From Woeseiaceae bacterium (GTDB taxonomy: Bacteria > Pseudomonadota > Gammaproteobacteria > Steroidobacterales > Woeseiaceae), in the NCBI GenBank assembly GCA_050738315.1, contig JBOHZD010000129.1, positions 1 through 59,994 of the forward strand: 59,994 bases of DNA, in the 5' to 3' direction. A program made the translations under genes and the position numbers. Below, piece by piece: positions 21,377 through 30,965 of this stretch; the stretch's first letter is position 1; every line of letters begins with the position of its first letter. The notes beneath the pieces were generated by a model. The model had not been told where the DNA came from and made no database searches. It saw nothing but the letters and a program-made list of their open reading frames with translations.

Positions 21377-22171
21377 GTGTCGATGATCGCGCCGGGTCCC
21401 GCCCTTTCCTGCCAGAAATTGTCGATCTCGGTTCCGGGCCGCACGCTTTTGACAGGACTCGAACTGGCACTGAACCGCGGCGATTTTCTGGCGGTCCTTG
21501 GCCAGAACGGTTCGGGCAAGACGCTGACCATGCACAGTCTCGCCGGGCTGCGCCCGGCGGATGCCGGCCAGGTCTATCTTTTCGGCGAATTGCTCGGTGC
21601 GCTCACCAGGCAGCGCATTGCAAGGAACCTGGCACTGTTGCCGCAATCGGCCGACGACGCGTTTCCCGCAACGGTGATCGAAACTGTGCTGATCGGACGC
21701 CATCCACACATCGGAGCGTTCGCCTGGGAATCGGACCTCGATCGACAGATCGCGACCAGGTCCCTCGAACTCGTCAACCTGGCGGACTTTTCGGCACGCG
21801 ATATCGGCACGCTATCAGGCGGTGAACGGCGCCGCGTAGCCATTGCGCAGGTCCTCACACAGCAACCGGACGTGTACGTGCTGGACGAACCGACCAATCA
21901 TCTCGATCCCCAGCATCAACTCGAGGTACTTCGAATCTTCCGCGACAAAGCACTTGACGGGGCAACCATCATCGCCAGTCTTCATGACGCCAATCTGGCC
22001 CTTCGATACGCGAGCCATGCCTTGTTGCTGTATGGCGATGGGCGCTGGGAATTCGGCCCGACGTCGTCGCTGCTGACCGAAGATCGACTGAGCAACCTCT
22101 ACGCGACGAGAATGGAGGCAATCCGCTGGCGGGGCCGGAATATTTTCATGGCGACTGAGCCGGCACCATGA
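21377..22171 (+). CDS. ABC transporter ATP-binding protein (BtuD/FecE/HmuV-like)
   Basis: Walker A GQNGSGKT, signature LSGGERRR, Walker B VYVLDEPTNHLD. Size and layout match iron-chelate/cobalamin importer ATPases. Confidence 0.85.
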   Translation: MSMIAPGPALSCQKLSISVPGRTLLTGLELALNRGDFLAVLGQNGSGKTLTMHSLAGLRPADAGQVYLFGELLGALTRQRIARNLALLPQSADDAFPATVIETVLIGRHPHIGAFAWESDLDRQIATRSLELVNLADFSARDIGTLSGGERRRVAIAQVLTQQPDVYVLDEPTNHLDPQHQLEVLRIFRDKALDGATIIASLHDANLALRYASHALLLYGDGRWEFGPTSSLLTEDRLSNLYATRMEAIRWRGRNIFMATEPAP

Positions 22172-22180
22172 TCCGACCCT

Positions 22181-22960
22181 TCAACGGACATATCCCTTCA
22201 GTCTTGCCAGAATCTCGGCATGCAGGCACTTGTTTGCCGCCAGTACGGACCGGGTCTCGAGACCCACCGGATGGCCGTTCAGATCCGAGAACACGCCCCC
22301 TGCCTCCTGAACGATCACTGCCAATGCCGCGATATCGAGTATGTTCACATCGGACTCGATCACCGCGTCGATTTTACCGGCCGCGAGCAGATGATAATGA
22401 TAGAAATCGCCATAGCCGCGAATTCGATCGACGGTGGCGACAAGCTCGCCGAAAGCCGGCCACCCGGCGCTCGCAGCCAGCGATCTCAGGTTGCCGGTCG
22501 ACACGGCTGAATCCTGCAAGTCTGCAATGTCGCTGACGCGCAATCGCTCGCCGTTCAACCAGGCACCTTGTCCGGACTCCGCCCACGCCAGCTCGTCGAA
22601 AAGGGTGCCGCTCGAAACGCCGAGAACCGGTGCGCCGCCCCGCATCAGCGCGATCTGGGTGGAGAAAAACGGGTACCGCCGGACGAACGCCTTGGTGCCG
22701 TCGATCGGATCGACCAGCCACAAGTATTCCGATTTCGAATCAGACTTTCCTGTTTCCTCGCCAAAAAATCCGTGGTTCGGAAACCGTCCGAGAATTGCCC
22801 TGCGGATGGCTTCTTCGCATTCCACGTCAGCCTGCGTGACGGGCGAACGGTCGGCTTTGGTCGCGACCGTGAACGATCCCAACGTTCCATGATAGTAATT
22901 TCGACTGATCTCGCCGGCGGCTTTGGCGGCATTGAGTGCGGTTTCGAGTTCGGGTGACAT
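22181..22960 (-). CDS. Inositol monophosphatase family protein (HisN/SuhB-like)
   Basis: FFGEE, WLVDPIDGT and a C-terminal GYGDFYHY-type motif. ATG at 22960 (MSPELETAL). The longer track ORF running to 23491 is an upstream read-through. Confidence 0.85.
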   Translation of the reverse strand: MSPELETALNAAKAAGEISRNYYHGTLGSFTVATKADRSPVTQADVECEEAIRRAILGRFPNHGFFGEETGKSDSKSEYLWLVDPIDGTKAFVRRYPFFSTQIALMRGGAPVLGVSSGTLFDELAWAESGQGAWLNGERLRVSDIADLQDSAVSTGNLRSLAASAGWPAFGELVATVDRIRGYGDFYHYHLLAAGKIDAVIESDVNILDIAALAVIVQEAGGVFSDLNGHPVGLETRSVLAANKCLHAEILARLKGYVR

Positions 22961-23054
22961 GGACGCTTGCTGGCCTGGATACTCAGCGCAACTATGGCCG
23001 CAGCCGATCGAGGAAACAAGCGGCGGGTGGAAATGGCCGCCTGCGTCTGATGGC

Positions 23055-23083
23055 TTGACAGCCCGGCGCGTCGACTCTATCGT
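23055..23083 (+). promoter_or_regulatory. Candidate sigma70 promoter for the riboswitch-btuB transcript
   Basis: TTGACA (23055-23060), 17-nt spacer, TATCGT (23078-23083), just upstream of the riboswitch. Confidence 0.4.
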
Positions 23084-23089
23084 GCAAGC

Positions 23090-23340
23090 CGACATCAGGT
23101 GAACCCGGAAAGGCATTTTTTCGGGTGAACGGGAAGCCGGTGGAACGTTGATCTGGCGTTCAGTCCGGCGCTGCCCCCGCAACGGTGATCGAGTGAACCC
23201 GTAGCCCCCGCTGTGCAGCAGCACAGCGGAGCCACTGCGAACGAAAGGAGACTGATCGTTTCCCGGTTCGCGGGAAGGCGCTACGGAGGGAAGGCACTCC
23301 AGTCGGAATCCTTCCGCTCGTAAGCCCGGAGACCGGCCTG
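23090..23340 (+). promoter_or_regulatory. Cobalamin (B12) riboswitch
   Basis: Conserved core gggaagccggtg ... ggcgctgcccccgcaacggt, plus the B12 box gagccactg (23229-23237) followed by gggaaggc. Located in the btuB 5' leader. Confidence 0.85.
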
Positions 23341-23473
23341 TTGCACACGTGAATGACGCGGCGGGCGGCAATTCGGACGTGCCAGTGCACACGGTGCCGG
23401 TGACTCCCCCTCCTCCCATTTGCGTGATCTGGCAATAACAATCGCGTGCGGGCGGCACGCAAAGGGGACTGCG

Positions 23474-25249
23474 GTGAAACCATCCATTCACGGGGCAATG
23501 CTTGCCTTTTTCCTGTGCCTGTCGATTCCGTCATATGCGGAACAGGAGCTCGAGGACGACATCATCGTCACGGCGACGCGCTCGGCCATTCCTTTGAACG
23601 AAGCGATCGTTCCGGTGACCGTCATTACACGGCAGGACATCGAACAGTCACTGGCATCCGATCTCGCGGAACTGTTGCGCTTCGAGGCGGGCGTCGAGAT
23701 CGGCAGGAACGGCGGACCCGGTCAGAGTACGTCGGTTTTTCTGCGCGGCACGGAAAGCAACCACACGCTGGTCCTGATCGACGGCGTTCGCATCAATCCC
23801 GGTACCGTCGGTGGTGCGGCCGTGCACAACATCGCCCCGGAAATCATCGAGCGCATTGAAATTGTGAAGGGGGCGAGATCGGCGTTGTTCGGCACGGACG
23901 CCATCGGCGGTGTCATCAACATCATCACACGCCGCAACGATCGGGCGTACGTCGAGGGCGCGCTGGGCGGCGGCAGCTTCGACACGCGATCCGGTTACGT
24001 TGCCGCGGGACTGCGCAGTGACAACAGCGACCTCGGCATCAGCGCAAACATCCAGCAGACGGACGGCTTCCCTGCAAGAACGGACAGCGACATCGATCGC
24101 GGCTACGACAACGTTTCCGCCAATTTTCATGCCGGTAAGCGCATTGGCGCGAGCTACCTGAGTCTGCGTCATTGGCAGGCGACCGGCGTGACAGAATACT
24201 TCGATTTCTTCCTCACACCGCTGGACCAGGACTACAGAAATGCAAGCACCGCGCTCGAACTCAAGTCGAATGTCGGGCAGAACCTCGAAAGCAAACTGGT
24301 CGTGAGCCACATCGTCGACGAAATTACGCAGAATCAATCAGACGATTTCGTCGAATCGAAACGCAATGCGCTCGACTGGCAACTAGACCTGGCGGCCGGC
24401 GACCATCGGTGGATCGGAGGTCTTTACTTTGTCGACGAAAACGCGGCTGTGTCTGCTTTCGGCACCGGCTTCGATGAAGATACGGAAGTCAAGGCCATGT
24501 TCGTGGAACACCAGTGGTCGCGGGGCAGCCACAGGACCTTTGCTGCAGTACGCCTCACGGACCATGAAACTTTCGGTAACCACGTCACATGGAATGCCGA
24601 ATATGCGTATGCCCTGAACGACAACTGGCAACTGACCGGCGGACTGGGTCATGCATTCCGGGCCCCCGATGCAACGGACCGTTTCGGTTTCGGCGGCAGT
24701 CCGGACCTCGATCCGGAGCTCGCCGATGAGGCGCAGCTCGGGGTCAGGTTCAGTCCGGATGCACGCCAGTCGATCGATCTCGAGTTGTACTACAACGACA
24801 TCGACGACCTGATCGAGTTCGACCTGGCGACCTTTACGTTGCGAAATATCGGCAAGGCTGAAATCCGTGGAGCGGAGTTACGCTGGCAGTATCGCGGAGA
24901 CCGCTATTCGATCCTCGCCAGCGTCGTGCGGCAAACTGCCGACAACGCGACCGAGCATACGCGGCTGCCGCGCCGTGCGCAGGAAATGATGACACTGGGC
25001 TTCACCCGGAATGTCGGACCGCACCGCGTCGGCGTATCGGTTCTAGCCAGCGGCGATCGCACGGACATCGGCAACCTGCACATGAGCGGCTATGTGCTGG
25101 CGAATCTGACCGGGCAACTCGCGCTCGGTGAGCGCTGGCGCCTGAATGCGCGCATCGAGAATCTGCTCGACGCGCGCTACGAAACCGCCGCGGGATTTCG
25201 CATGCAGGAGCGGAGTTACTTCATCGACCTTGGATTTGACTGGAAGTAA
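23474..25249 (+). CDS. btuB: TonB-dependent vitamin B12 receptor
   Basis: Signal peptide, TonB box DDIIVTATRS, plug plus 22-strand barrel size. Riboswitch upstream. GTG at 23474 is preceded by aaagggga. Confidence 0.9.
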   Translation: MKPSIHGAMLAFFLCLSIPSYAEQELEDDIIVTATRSAIPLNEAIVPVTVITRQDIEQSLASDLAELLRFEAGVEIGRNGGPGQSTSVFLRGTESNHTLVLIDGVRINPGTVGGAAVHNIAPEIIERIEIVKGARSALFGTDAIGGVINIITRRNDRAYVEGALGGGSFDTRSGYVAAGLRSDNSDLGISANIQQTDGFPARTDSDIDRGYDNVSANFHAGKRIGASYLSLRHWQATGVTEYFDFFLTPLDQDYRNASTALELKSNVGQNLESKLVVSHIVDEITQNQSDDFVESKRNALDWQLDLAAGDHRWIGGLYFVDENAAVSAFGTGFDEDTEVKAMFVEHQWSRGSHRTFAAVRLTDHETFGNHVTWNAEYAYALNDNWQLTGGLGHAFRAPDATDRFGFGGSPDLDPELADEAQLGVRFSPDARQSIDLELYYNDIDDLIEFDLATFTLRNIGKAEIRGAELRWQYRGDRYSILASVVRQTADNATEHTRLPRRAQEMMTLGFTRNVGPHRVGVSVLASGDRTDIGNLHMSGYVLANLTGQLALGERWRLNARIENLLDARYETAAGFRMQERSYFIDLGFDWK

Positions 25250-25268
25250 GCTCTGCCCGGTGCATCGT

Positions 25269-26870
25269 CTACTCGGCTCCTTCGTAGGCGTCCGTGAACA
25301 GAACACTCAGATCGATACTGCCGTGTTGCGACGGATCCTGCGGATCATTCGACCCCGGCACGCCCGGATTCAGATTCGATGCCGTGTCTGCCGGCGGGAA
25401 GAGCATCAATGTATCGAGGAATTCAATGACCTTGCGCCGATTGTTGTCGTTCAAAGCCGCAAACCCGTTGCGCGACTCCTCCGCCTCGCCGCCATGTCGC
25501 AGTATGACTTCCTCCAGGTTCATGCTGCGGCCGTCATGGCCGTAGGGAGCGGTCGTTCCCACGCCCCATAGGGGTTCAGTCATGAACTCCGTTACTGTCG
25601 ATCCATCGTAGTCGCGTTCGTGAAAAGCAGGCCCCAGATCGTGCCGCTTGAAATCGGCATAGAGGTCCCGCACCACAAACGAACGGCGTTTTGGCAAAAG
25701 CTTCGGCAGGGCTTCGCCGTCGTCAACGGATTCGAACGATGTGGTCGCGGTCGCAAACAAGTGGTTGAAAATTCCCTTGTTCTGATCGTAGCGCGTTTCG
25801 ACGTTGGCAATGCGCCGGTCTTCCTCGATTTTGAGGTTCGGGGTATGACAATCCGTGCATCCGATCTGCTGCAGAAGCCTGCGACCCTGATGCGTGCGTC
25901 CGGACTGTCGGCCGAGCGCAGGCTTGAAATAATTCAGGAGGTAGAATTCCAGGTAATCAACCAAAGCCGGGTCGATTTCGTTGACCACCCCATCCTCGTC
26001 GCCGTCGATACCCAGTTCGCATACCGCCGGCCGCACGATCATATCGAGTGACGGGTCGAATACCATGCCGCTCGGGCTCGTGGCTCCGGCCGGGTTCTGC
26101 AGTTCAGTTGCAGCACAGAGAATGGGATCCGCCGACTCCAGTCCCATCTCGTCCTTGAACGCGCCGACGATGAATTCGCGCAGCGCAAATGCGCCGCCCT
26201 GGGCGAAAAAAGGGCGAACCCTCAGATCTTCGTCAACCCCTTCGACTTTCGACGTATCGACACGGCCGTCGGGCCAGGCCGTGATCCGGCCGAAGCGGGT
26301 ACCCTTGCTTTCCAGCGGCAGGGTGATCGGGCCTTTGAGCCAGCGCGACCATTGCTGGGCGCGCTCACGGATGTTCCGCAGATCCTGCGTCATTTCATCA
26401 CCGATCATTTCGATCAGTCCGGCGCCGAACAGATGCGGCGCATCGCGGCTGTCGGGCCGTGTCACGACATCGCCGCCAAAACCTGCAGCGCCGCGCGGTC
26501 GCCCGTGGCAGGCGGCGCAACTGTTGGCCAGGCCGGCGCCAAACGCGCGGTTGACCGTAATGTCGCCGATCGAATCGTTGGTCACGCGCGGACCCATGCC
26601 CTGATTTCGGGTGAAGGCGCGTTGAAAAAGCTGGCGCCCTCGCTGAACGGCTCGCGCCGGGTCGCGATTGATCATATAAATCGACGATCCCGCCGTGTAC
26701 TCATCGCCCTGACCGGTGCCGATCTGTTCCTCCAGCGATTTCGCGATGCCTGCGTTGATCGGGTTCGGGGTCTGGGTGAGATCGGTGAGCTGAGCATTTG
26801 CAGTGCCGGTCAGGCATGTGAATATGACGCAGAGGCAAGGGACGCAGCTCTTGCCGGAATTATGTCGCAT
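25269..26870 (-). CDS. Di-haem cytochrome c peroxidase-like oxidoreductase (DUF1111 family)
   Basis: Two CxxCH motifs (CAACHG, CTDCHT) and a signal peptide from ATG 26870 (MRHNSGKSCVPCLCVIFTCLTGTANA). Confidence 0.8.
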   Translation of the reverse strand: MRHNSGKSCVPCLCVIFTCLTGTANAQLTDLTQTPNPINAGIAKSLEEQIGTGQGDEYTAGSSIYMINRDPARAVQRGRQLFQRAFTRNQGMGPRVTNDSIGDITVNRAFGAGLANSCAACHGRPRGAAGFGGDVVTRPDSRDAPHLFGAGLIEMIGDEMTQDLRNIRERAQQWSRWLKGPITLPLESKGTRFGRITAWPDGRVDTSKVEGVDEDLRVRPFFAQGGAFALREFIVGAFKDEMGLESADPILCAATELQNPAGATSPSGMVFDPSLDMIVRPAVCELGIDGDEDGVVNEIDPALVDYLEFYLLNYFKPALGRQSGRTHQGRRLLQQIGCTDCHTPNLKIEEDRRIANVETRYDQNKGIFNHLFATATTSFESVDDGEALPKLLPKRRSFVVRDLYADFKRHDLGPAFHERDYDGSTVTEFMTEPLWGVGTTAPYGHDGRSMNLEEVILRHGGEAEESRNGFAALNDNNRRKVIEFLDTLMLFPPADTASNLNPGVPGSNDPQDPSQHGSIDLSVLFTDAYEGAE

Positions 26871-27058
26871 GCGGTAAAGGTCTCGCAGCGATAAACGGCC
26901 GGACTCGTTTAACATCGTGCCGTTCCCATTGTTTATTTGTTCGTGAACGCGATAGCGCGGATGTCGCAAGACGACGACACCGTACGCTGCTGCTTGCTGG
27001 CGAACAACGTCCTAAAAGGACTAAACTGCAATTCTTCGTTTGTTTCTGAGAACGCTCC

Positions 27059-28057
27059 GTGAATCTCAATGCCCGTTTAGCGGCGCCTGGGGATCTGGCG
27101 GATTGCGCGAAGCTGTTCGAGAACCATCGCGCCTATCCCTCGGAACTGCTGCAGGAGCTGCCCGCCATCTGGCTGCGCCTGATACGGGAAGAAGCGATCA
27201 GAATTTGTGTGTTCGAGGATCGCGACCGGCCACCGGGCAAACGCATCGTCGCTTGTGGCGCTACAGTATTCGTCACCGACGAGTGCGCCGAACATGCACG
27301 GTTCAGGGCAGAGCCTTATCTTGCAGTCAGGTTACTGCGTCAGGATGCGATCGGCGAGAAGTCCATCTTGCGATCGGCCGAGATTGGCGCGGCCAATTCC
27401 GGTGATGGACTGAACGTGGTGATTCTGCATTATGCGGTAAAGGCGAACGGTTACTCTGACGTTGAACGTTTCGCGCTCGCACATAAGTCAGTTGAGACCT
27501 TCATCGCACTACTTCGGGGTTACAACCTGAAACAGATGCTGCAGGAATTGTGCGATGAAATCTCACCGCCGTTCATTCTGGATGGCCTCGCGCAGGTTCT
27601 TACCGATTTCAGCGATTATTACCGGCGCACCGGAGTGCCTGCGCCGCCGCCCGGCGCGCGTTTTTATCTCGCAGGCATCACCCGCGAGGAGGCTATGGCC
27701 GCGCCCGGCAGGGCGATTGCGCCTATCTTTGCATATACGCCGCCGCGTTTTTTCTTCAGTCCTTGCGAAAGGCGGCTGCTCGACCGCGCGCTGCTGGGCG
27801 AGACGGACAGGCAACTCGCGAAAAGCCTCGAGCGGGCCCTGCCCACCGTCAAGAGTCTCTGGCGCACGATCTACAACCGGGTGGGCATGGTCGATCCCGC
27901 GCTGCTGGGCAATCGCCGCGACGCAGAACGCGAGTGCCAACCGACGCGCGGCCGGGAACGCCGCCGTCGAATCCTCGAGTATCTGCGTCAGCACCCCGAA
28001 GAACTGCGGCCAAACACGAATGCTGCCGCCACCTTCGCGCGCAGTCGCGCATCCTGA
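27059..28057 (+). CDS. Putative transcriptional regulator: unknown N-terminal domain plus LuxR-type HTH
   Basis: C-terminal CERRLLDRALLGETDRQLAKSLERALPTVKSLWRTIYNRVG resembles a LuxR/GerE HTH. The ~230-aa N-terminal region is unrecognised. GTG start is uncertain. Confidence 0.55.
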   Translation: MNLNARLAAPGDLADCAKLFENHRAYPSELLQELPAIWLRLIREEAIRICVFEDRDRPPGKRIVACGATVFVTDECAEHARFRAEPYLAVRLLRQDAIGEKSILRSAEIGAANSGDGLNVVILHYAVKANGYSDVERFALAHKSVETFIALLRGYNLKQMLQELCDEISPPFILDGLAQVLTDFSDYYRRTGVPAPPPGARFYLAGITREEAMAAPGRAIAPIFAYTPPRFFFSPCERRLLDRALLGETDRQLAKSLERALPTVKSLWRTIYNRVGMVDPALLGNRRDAERECQPTRGRERRRRILEYLRQHPEELRPNTNAAATFARSRAS

Positions 28058-28160
28058 GTGACGCACGGCTTGAAGGCCGGGCGCGGCCGTTGACCTCCGT
28101 TCGATCAGGCCGGATGATGGGCCATCCCCAATTGACAATGCAGTCGAGAGCGACGAGGGA

Positions 28161-28718
28161 ATGGGCAATCGCCTGAGCAAAATTTATACGCGCACCGGCG
28201 ACGATGGCACGACGGGGCTCGGCGACGGCAGCAGAGTCGACAAGGACGATCCGCGCGTCGAGGCCTACGGAACGGTGGACGAAGCCAACAGTGCGATCGG
28301 TGTCGTCCTTGCGTCGACGACTGTACCCGACGCGATCCGCTCATGTCTGACGGACGTCCAGCACGACCTGTTCGAGCTTGGCGGCGAACTGTGCATTCCC
28401 GGCCATCGCGCCGTTGAAATGTATTTCGTTGAGCGTCTGGAGCGTCAACTCGACGGCTTCAACGCCGATTTGCCCCCGCTCAAGGATTTTATACTGCCAG
28501 GCGGAGGCAGCGCGGCCGCCGCGTGTCACCTTGCCCGCACCATCGTGCGCCGTGCGGAACGTCGAGTGAGGAGCCTTGCCAGGAACGAGGAAGTACGCAA
28601 TGAGGTGCTGCGTTACCTGAATCGTCTTTCGGACCTGCTGTTCGTGATCGCGCGATTGCTTGCGCGTAAGGAATCTGGCCAGGAAATCATCTGGGACCGT
28701 AACCGGACGAAGGACTGA
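28161..28718 (+). CDS. ATP:cob(I)alamin adenosyltransferase, PduO type
   Basis: N-terminus KIYTRTGDDGTTGL and EAYGTVDEANSAIG are PduO-type signatures. 185 aa. Confidence 0.9.
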   Translation: MGNRLSKIYTRTGDDGTTGLGDGSRVDKDDPRVEAYGTVDEANSAIGVVLASTTVPDAIRSCLTDVQHDLFELGGELCIPGHRAVEMYFVERLERQLDGFNADLPPLKDFILPGGGSAAAACHLARTIVRRAERRVRSLARNEEVRNEVLRYLNRLSDLLFVIARLLARKESGQEIIWDRNRTKD

Positions 28719-28733
28719 GGCGTTGCCGCCGGG

Positions 28734-29183
28734 TTACAGTGTTTTGTGCATCAGGTGTGCGCTCTCGGGACAGAGATTCGCGAATTCCGCGGTGGCGCGA
28801 ATCGTCTCCGGTGCCTCGCCGCGGTCCGCGATCCGATAGCCCAGTTTCCAGAAGAACACTTCCGCATCGATCGTCAGCAACCAGATCTCCGCGACTCCGG
28901 CAGCGCTTGCGTTTTCTTCCAATGCCATGACCAGGCGGCGGCCGATGCCGGAACCGCGCTGGCCGGCATGAACCACGAGCGAGCGCAACAAGCCGTCGTG
29001 GCCGAATGTCTGCAGGCCGATCAATCCATCGATCGTCGGCGGCATCGCCTGACGATCCTCGGCAACCAGAAACTGCTGCAATTGATCCCCTGAGAGGTCC
29101 GCGAGCGGCAGCTTCGCCTGCAGCAGCAATCGCTTGAGCGCCGGCCAGTCTTTTTCACGCGCTTTACGAATGGTCGCTGTCAC
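28734..29183 (-). CDS. GNAT N-acetyltransferase (ArsN2-like)
   Basis: GNAT core QRGSGIGRRLV and a C-terminal ...TAEFANLCPESAHLM tail, as I recall in ArsN2-type proteins. The start overlaps the btuF stop by 20 nt. Confidence 0.7.
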   Translation of the reverse strand: MTATIRKAREKDWPALKRLLLQAKLPLADLSGDQLQQFLVAEDRQAMPPTIDGLIGLQTFGHDGLLRSLVVHAGQRGSGIGRRLVMALEENASAAGVAEIWLLTIDAEVFFWKLGYRIADRGEAPETIRATAEFANLCPESAHLMHKTL

Positions 29184-30060
29184 GTTCAGCCTCTCTGTTG
29201 CGGCGCGCCTCGTCCAGTGTTTCGCAGAGCGTCGCGCCCGCCGTCAACAGGCGCGGAGTTGCGCGGCCGATTTCATCGGCCGGGAGCAAAAAATAGTTGT
29301 GGTATTCGTTCGCCGCCAGTTGCGGCCAACGTTGCCACACGACGAGTGCATCATCCGGGCTGTCGGAACTGGCCAGCATGACCTCCGGGTCTCTCGCGAG
29401 GACCGCCTCCACATCCACCAACGGCGCGAGCATCGTCAAATCCGAGAAAATATTCCTGCCGCCACACAAATCGATGAGCTCGCTGACATAGTGATCGCCG
29501 TTAACGGTGTACAGTGGACTGTTCGAGACCTGGTAGAAAACACTGATTGGTTGCGGATGCCCATGATGGTTGGCGAGCTGCCGCAATCCACTACGGAATT
29601 CGTTTGCCGCTGCACTGCCTTGCCTCGTTCGAGCCGTCAGCTTGCCGATTTGTTCCATGGCGTCCGCGATATCCTCGAGGCCGCGCGTTTCGATCGTCTC
29701 GACGCGGAAGCCCCGTGCACGTAGTTCGTCGACAACCCGCGCCGGTGTACCGCTCGCCCAGGCGAGCAACAATGTCGGCTTCAGCAATACCAATCGTTCC
29801 TGATCGACCGAAAACGCATCACCGACAATGGGCAGCGTCGTAGCTTCCGGCGGGTAATTCGTATAGGAACTGACTCCGACCAGTGCATCTTCGGCACCGA
29901 CGGCGAAAACCAGTTCGGCGAGATGCGGTGCGAGGGTGACGATACGGAGTTCCCTGTCCGTCGCGCGGTTCGACGGCCGCTCCCCGCCGCCCCGTGTGTC
30001 ACAGCCGACGAATGCGGCAACAGAAAATACCAGTACGCAAAGGCCGGTCGCACGCCTCAC
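29164..30060 (-). CDS. btuF: Periplasmic cobalamin-binding lipoprotein (BtuF-like, ABC class III SBP)
   Basis: Lipobox (VAAFVGC) and RIVTLAPHLAELVFAVGAEDALVGVS, a BtuF/FecB-type N-lobe motif. 298 aa. Confidence 0.75.
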   Translation of the reverse strand: MRRATGLCVLVFSVAAFVGCDTRGGGERPSNRATDRELRIVTLAPHLAELVFAVGAEDALVGVSSYTNYPPEATTLPIVGDAFSVDQERLVLLKPTLLLAWASGTPARVVDELRARGFRVETIETRGLEDIADAMEQIGKLTARTRQGSAAANEFRSGLRQLANHHGHPQPISVFYQVSNSPLYTVNGDHYVSELIDLCGGRNIFSDLTMLAPLVDVEAVLARDPEVMLASSDSPDDALVVWQRWPQLAANEYHNYFLLPADEIGRATPRLLTAGATLCETLDEARRNREAERDSDHS

Positions 30061-30965
30061 AGAGACCAGCCATACAGTGTCATCGCCGCGATGACCGCGG
30101 TCCAGATGAGCAATGAGCGAAACACGAGCTTGTTTGCTGCGAGTGCGCCGCGCACGCCGCGTTCGGCGGTGGTTTCACCCTCGAGCAGTTCCAGTGCCAG
30201 TGCACCGGTGCCGACGCGCGCGAGCAGGCTTTCCCCTTGTTCGCGCGGCGGCAAGGCAGGTCCACCGGACGTGCGCCACGCGCTGACCGCGCCATCGAAG
30301 CTGCCGGCCATTGCATAGCCCAGAGCCGCCAGCCGCGCCGGGATCCAGGCGAGCCAGCCATGCAGGTCTTCGGCAGCACCGACGCACAGGGAGGCCGCGG
30401 TTTCCCGGGTTTCGTCCCGGGCCGCCGTGAATACGGCGCGGCGCCGGATCAGATCGGTGACCCGGTACGCCCAGGCGCCCAAAGGACCCAACAATACGAA
30501 CCAGAAAATGACCGCGAACAGCCGATTGTTCGCCTGGACGCAGACGGCCGCTTCGATGTCATTGGTGCGTTCGACCGGATCGGTCGGCGGATCTCTTTCG
30601 AGCAAAGCCTTGCCGGTGCTGCGTATCGCCTCTGCGTCCCCGGATTCGAGTGCGGCACAGTACTCCTGCACTTCTTCGGCAATATCTTTCGGCCCGAACG
30701 AAAAGAACAGGACGATGACGGCAAAAACAAGATACGGAAATCCGAACAACGCATCTCCCAAGGCAAGCCTTGCGAGCAATACCGGCAAGACCAGGACGAA
30801 CGCCAGGAGCACGACCAGGAGCAGCGGCGGCCAGTTGGCGAGGCGATCGACCTGCTGAAACCCGCGATCGATCATCCTGTCCAGCCAGCGTAATTCGCGC
30901 AAGTGAAACGACTGGGTTGCGAGCCGTTCCACCGCGAGCCCTATCAGCAATGCAATCAGTTTCAT
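30057..30965 (-). CDS. ampE: AmpE-like inner-membrane regulatory protein
   Basis: Multi-TM protein starting MKLIALLIGLAVERL and ending in a TM helix, like E. coli AmpE. Overlaps the ampD stop by 4 nt. Confidence 0.8.
   Translation of the reverse strand: MKLIALLIGLAVERLATQSFHLRELRWLDRMIDRGFQQVDRLANWPPLLLVVLLAFVLVLPVLLARLALGDALFGFPYLVFAVIVLFFSFGPKDIAEEVQEYCAALESGDAEAIRSTGKALLERDPPTDPVERTNDIEAAVCVQANNRLFAVIFWFVLLGPLGAWAYRVTDLIRRRAVFTAARDETRETAASLCVGAAEDLHGWLAWIPARLAALGYAMAGSFDGAVSAWRTSGGPALPPREQGESLLARVGTGALALELLEGETTAERGVRGALAANKLVFRSLLIWTAVIAAMTLYGWSL

Noticed and set aside
22391-22409. Fur-box-like string gataatgatagaaatcgcc
   Set aside because: It lies inside the inositol monophosphatase-family coding region, far from any promoter, and only partially matches the 19-bp Fur consensus. 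Likely coincidental.
22181-23491. 436-aa ORF extending the inositol monophosphatase-family gene upstream
   Set aside because: The extension runs antisense through the cobalamin riboswitch and the btuB start. Family-like sequence begins at ATG 22960.
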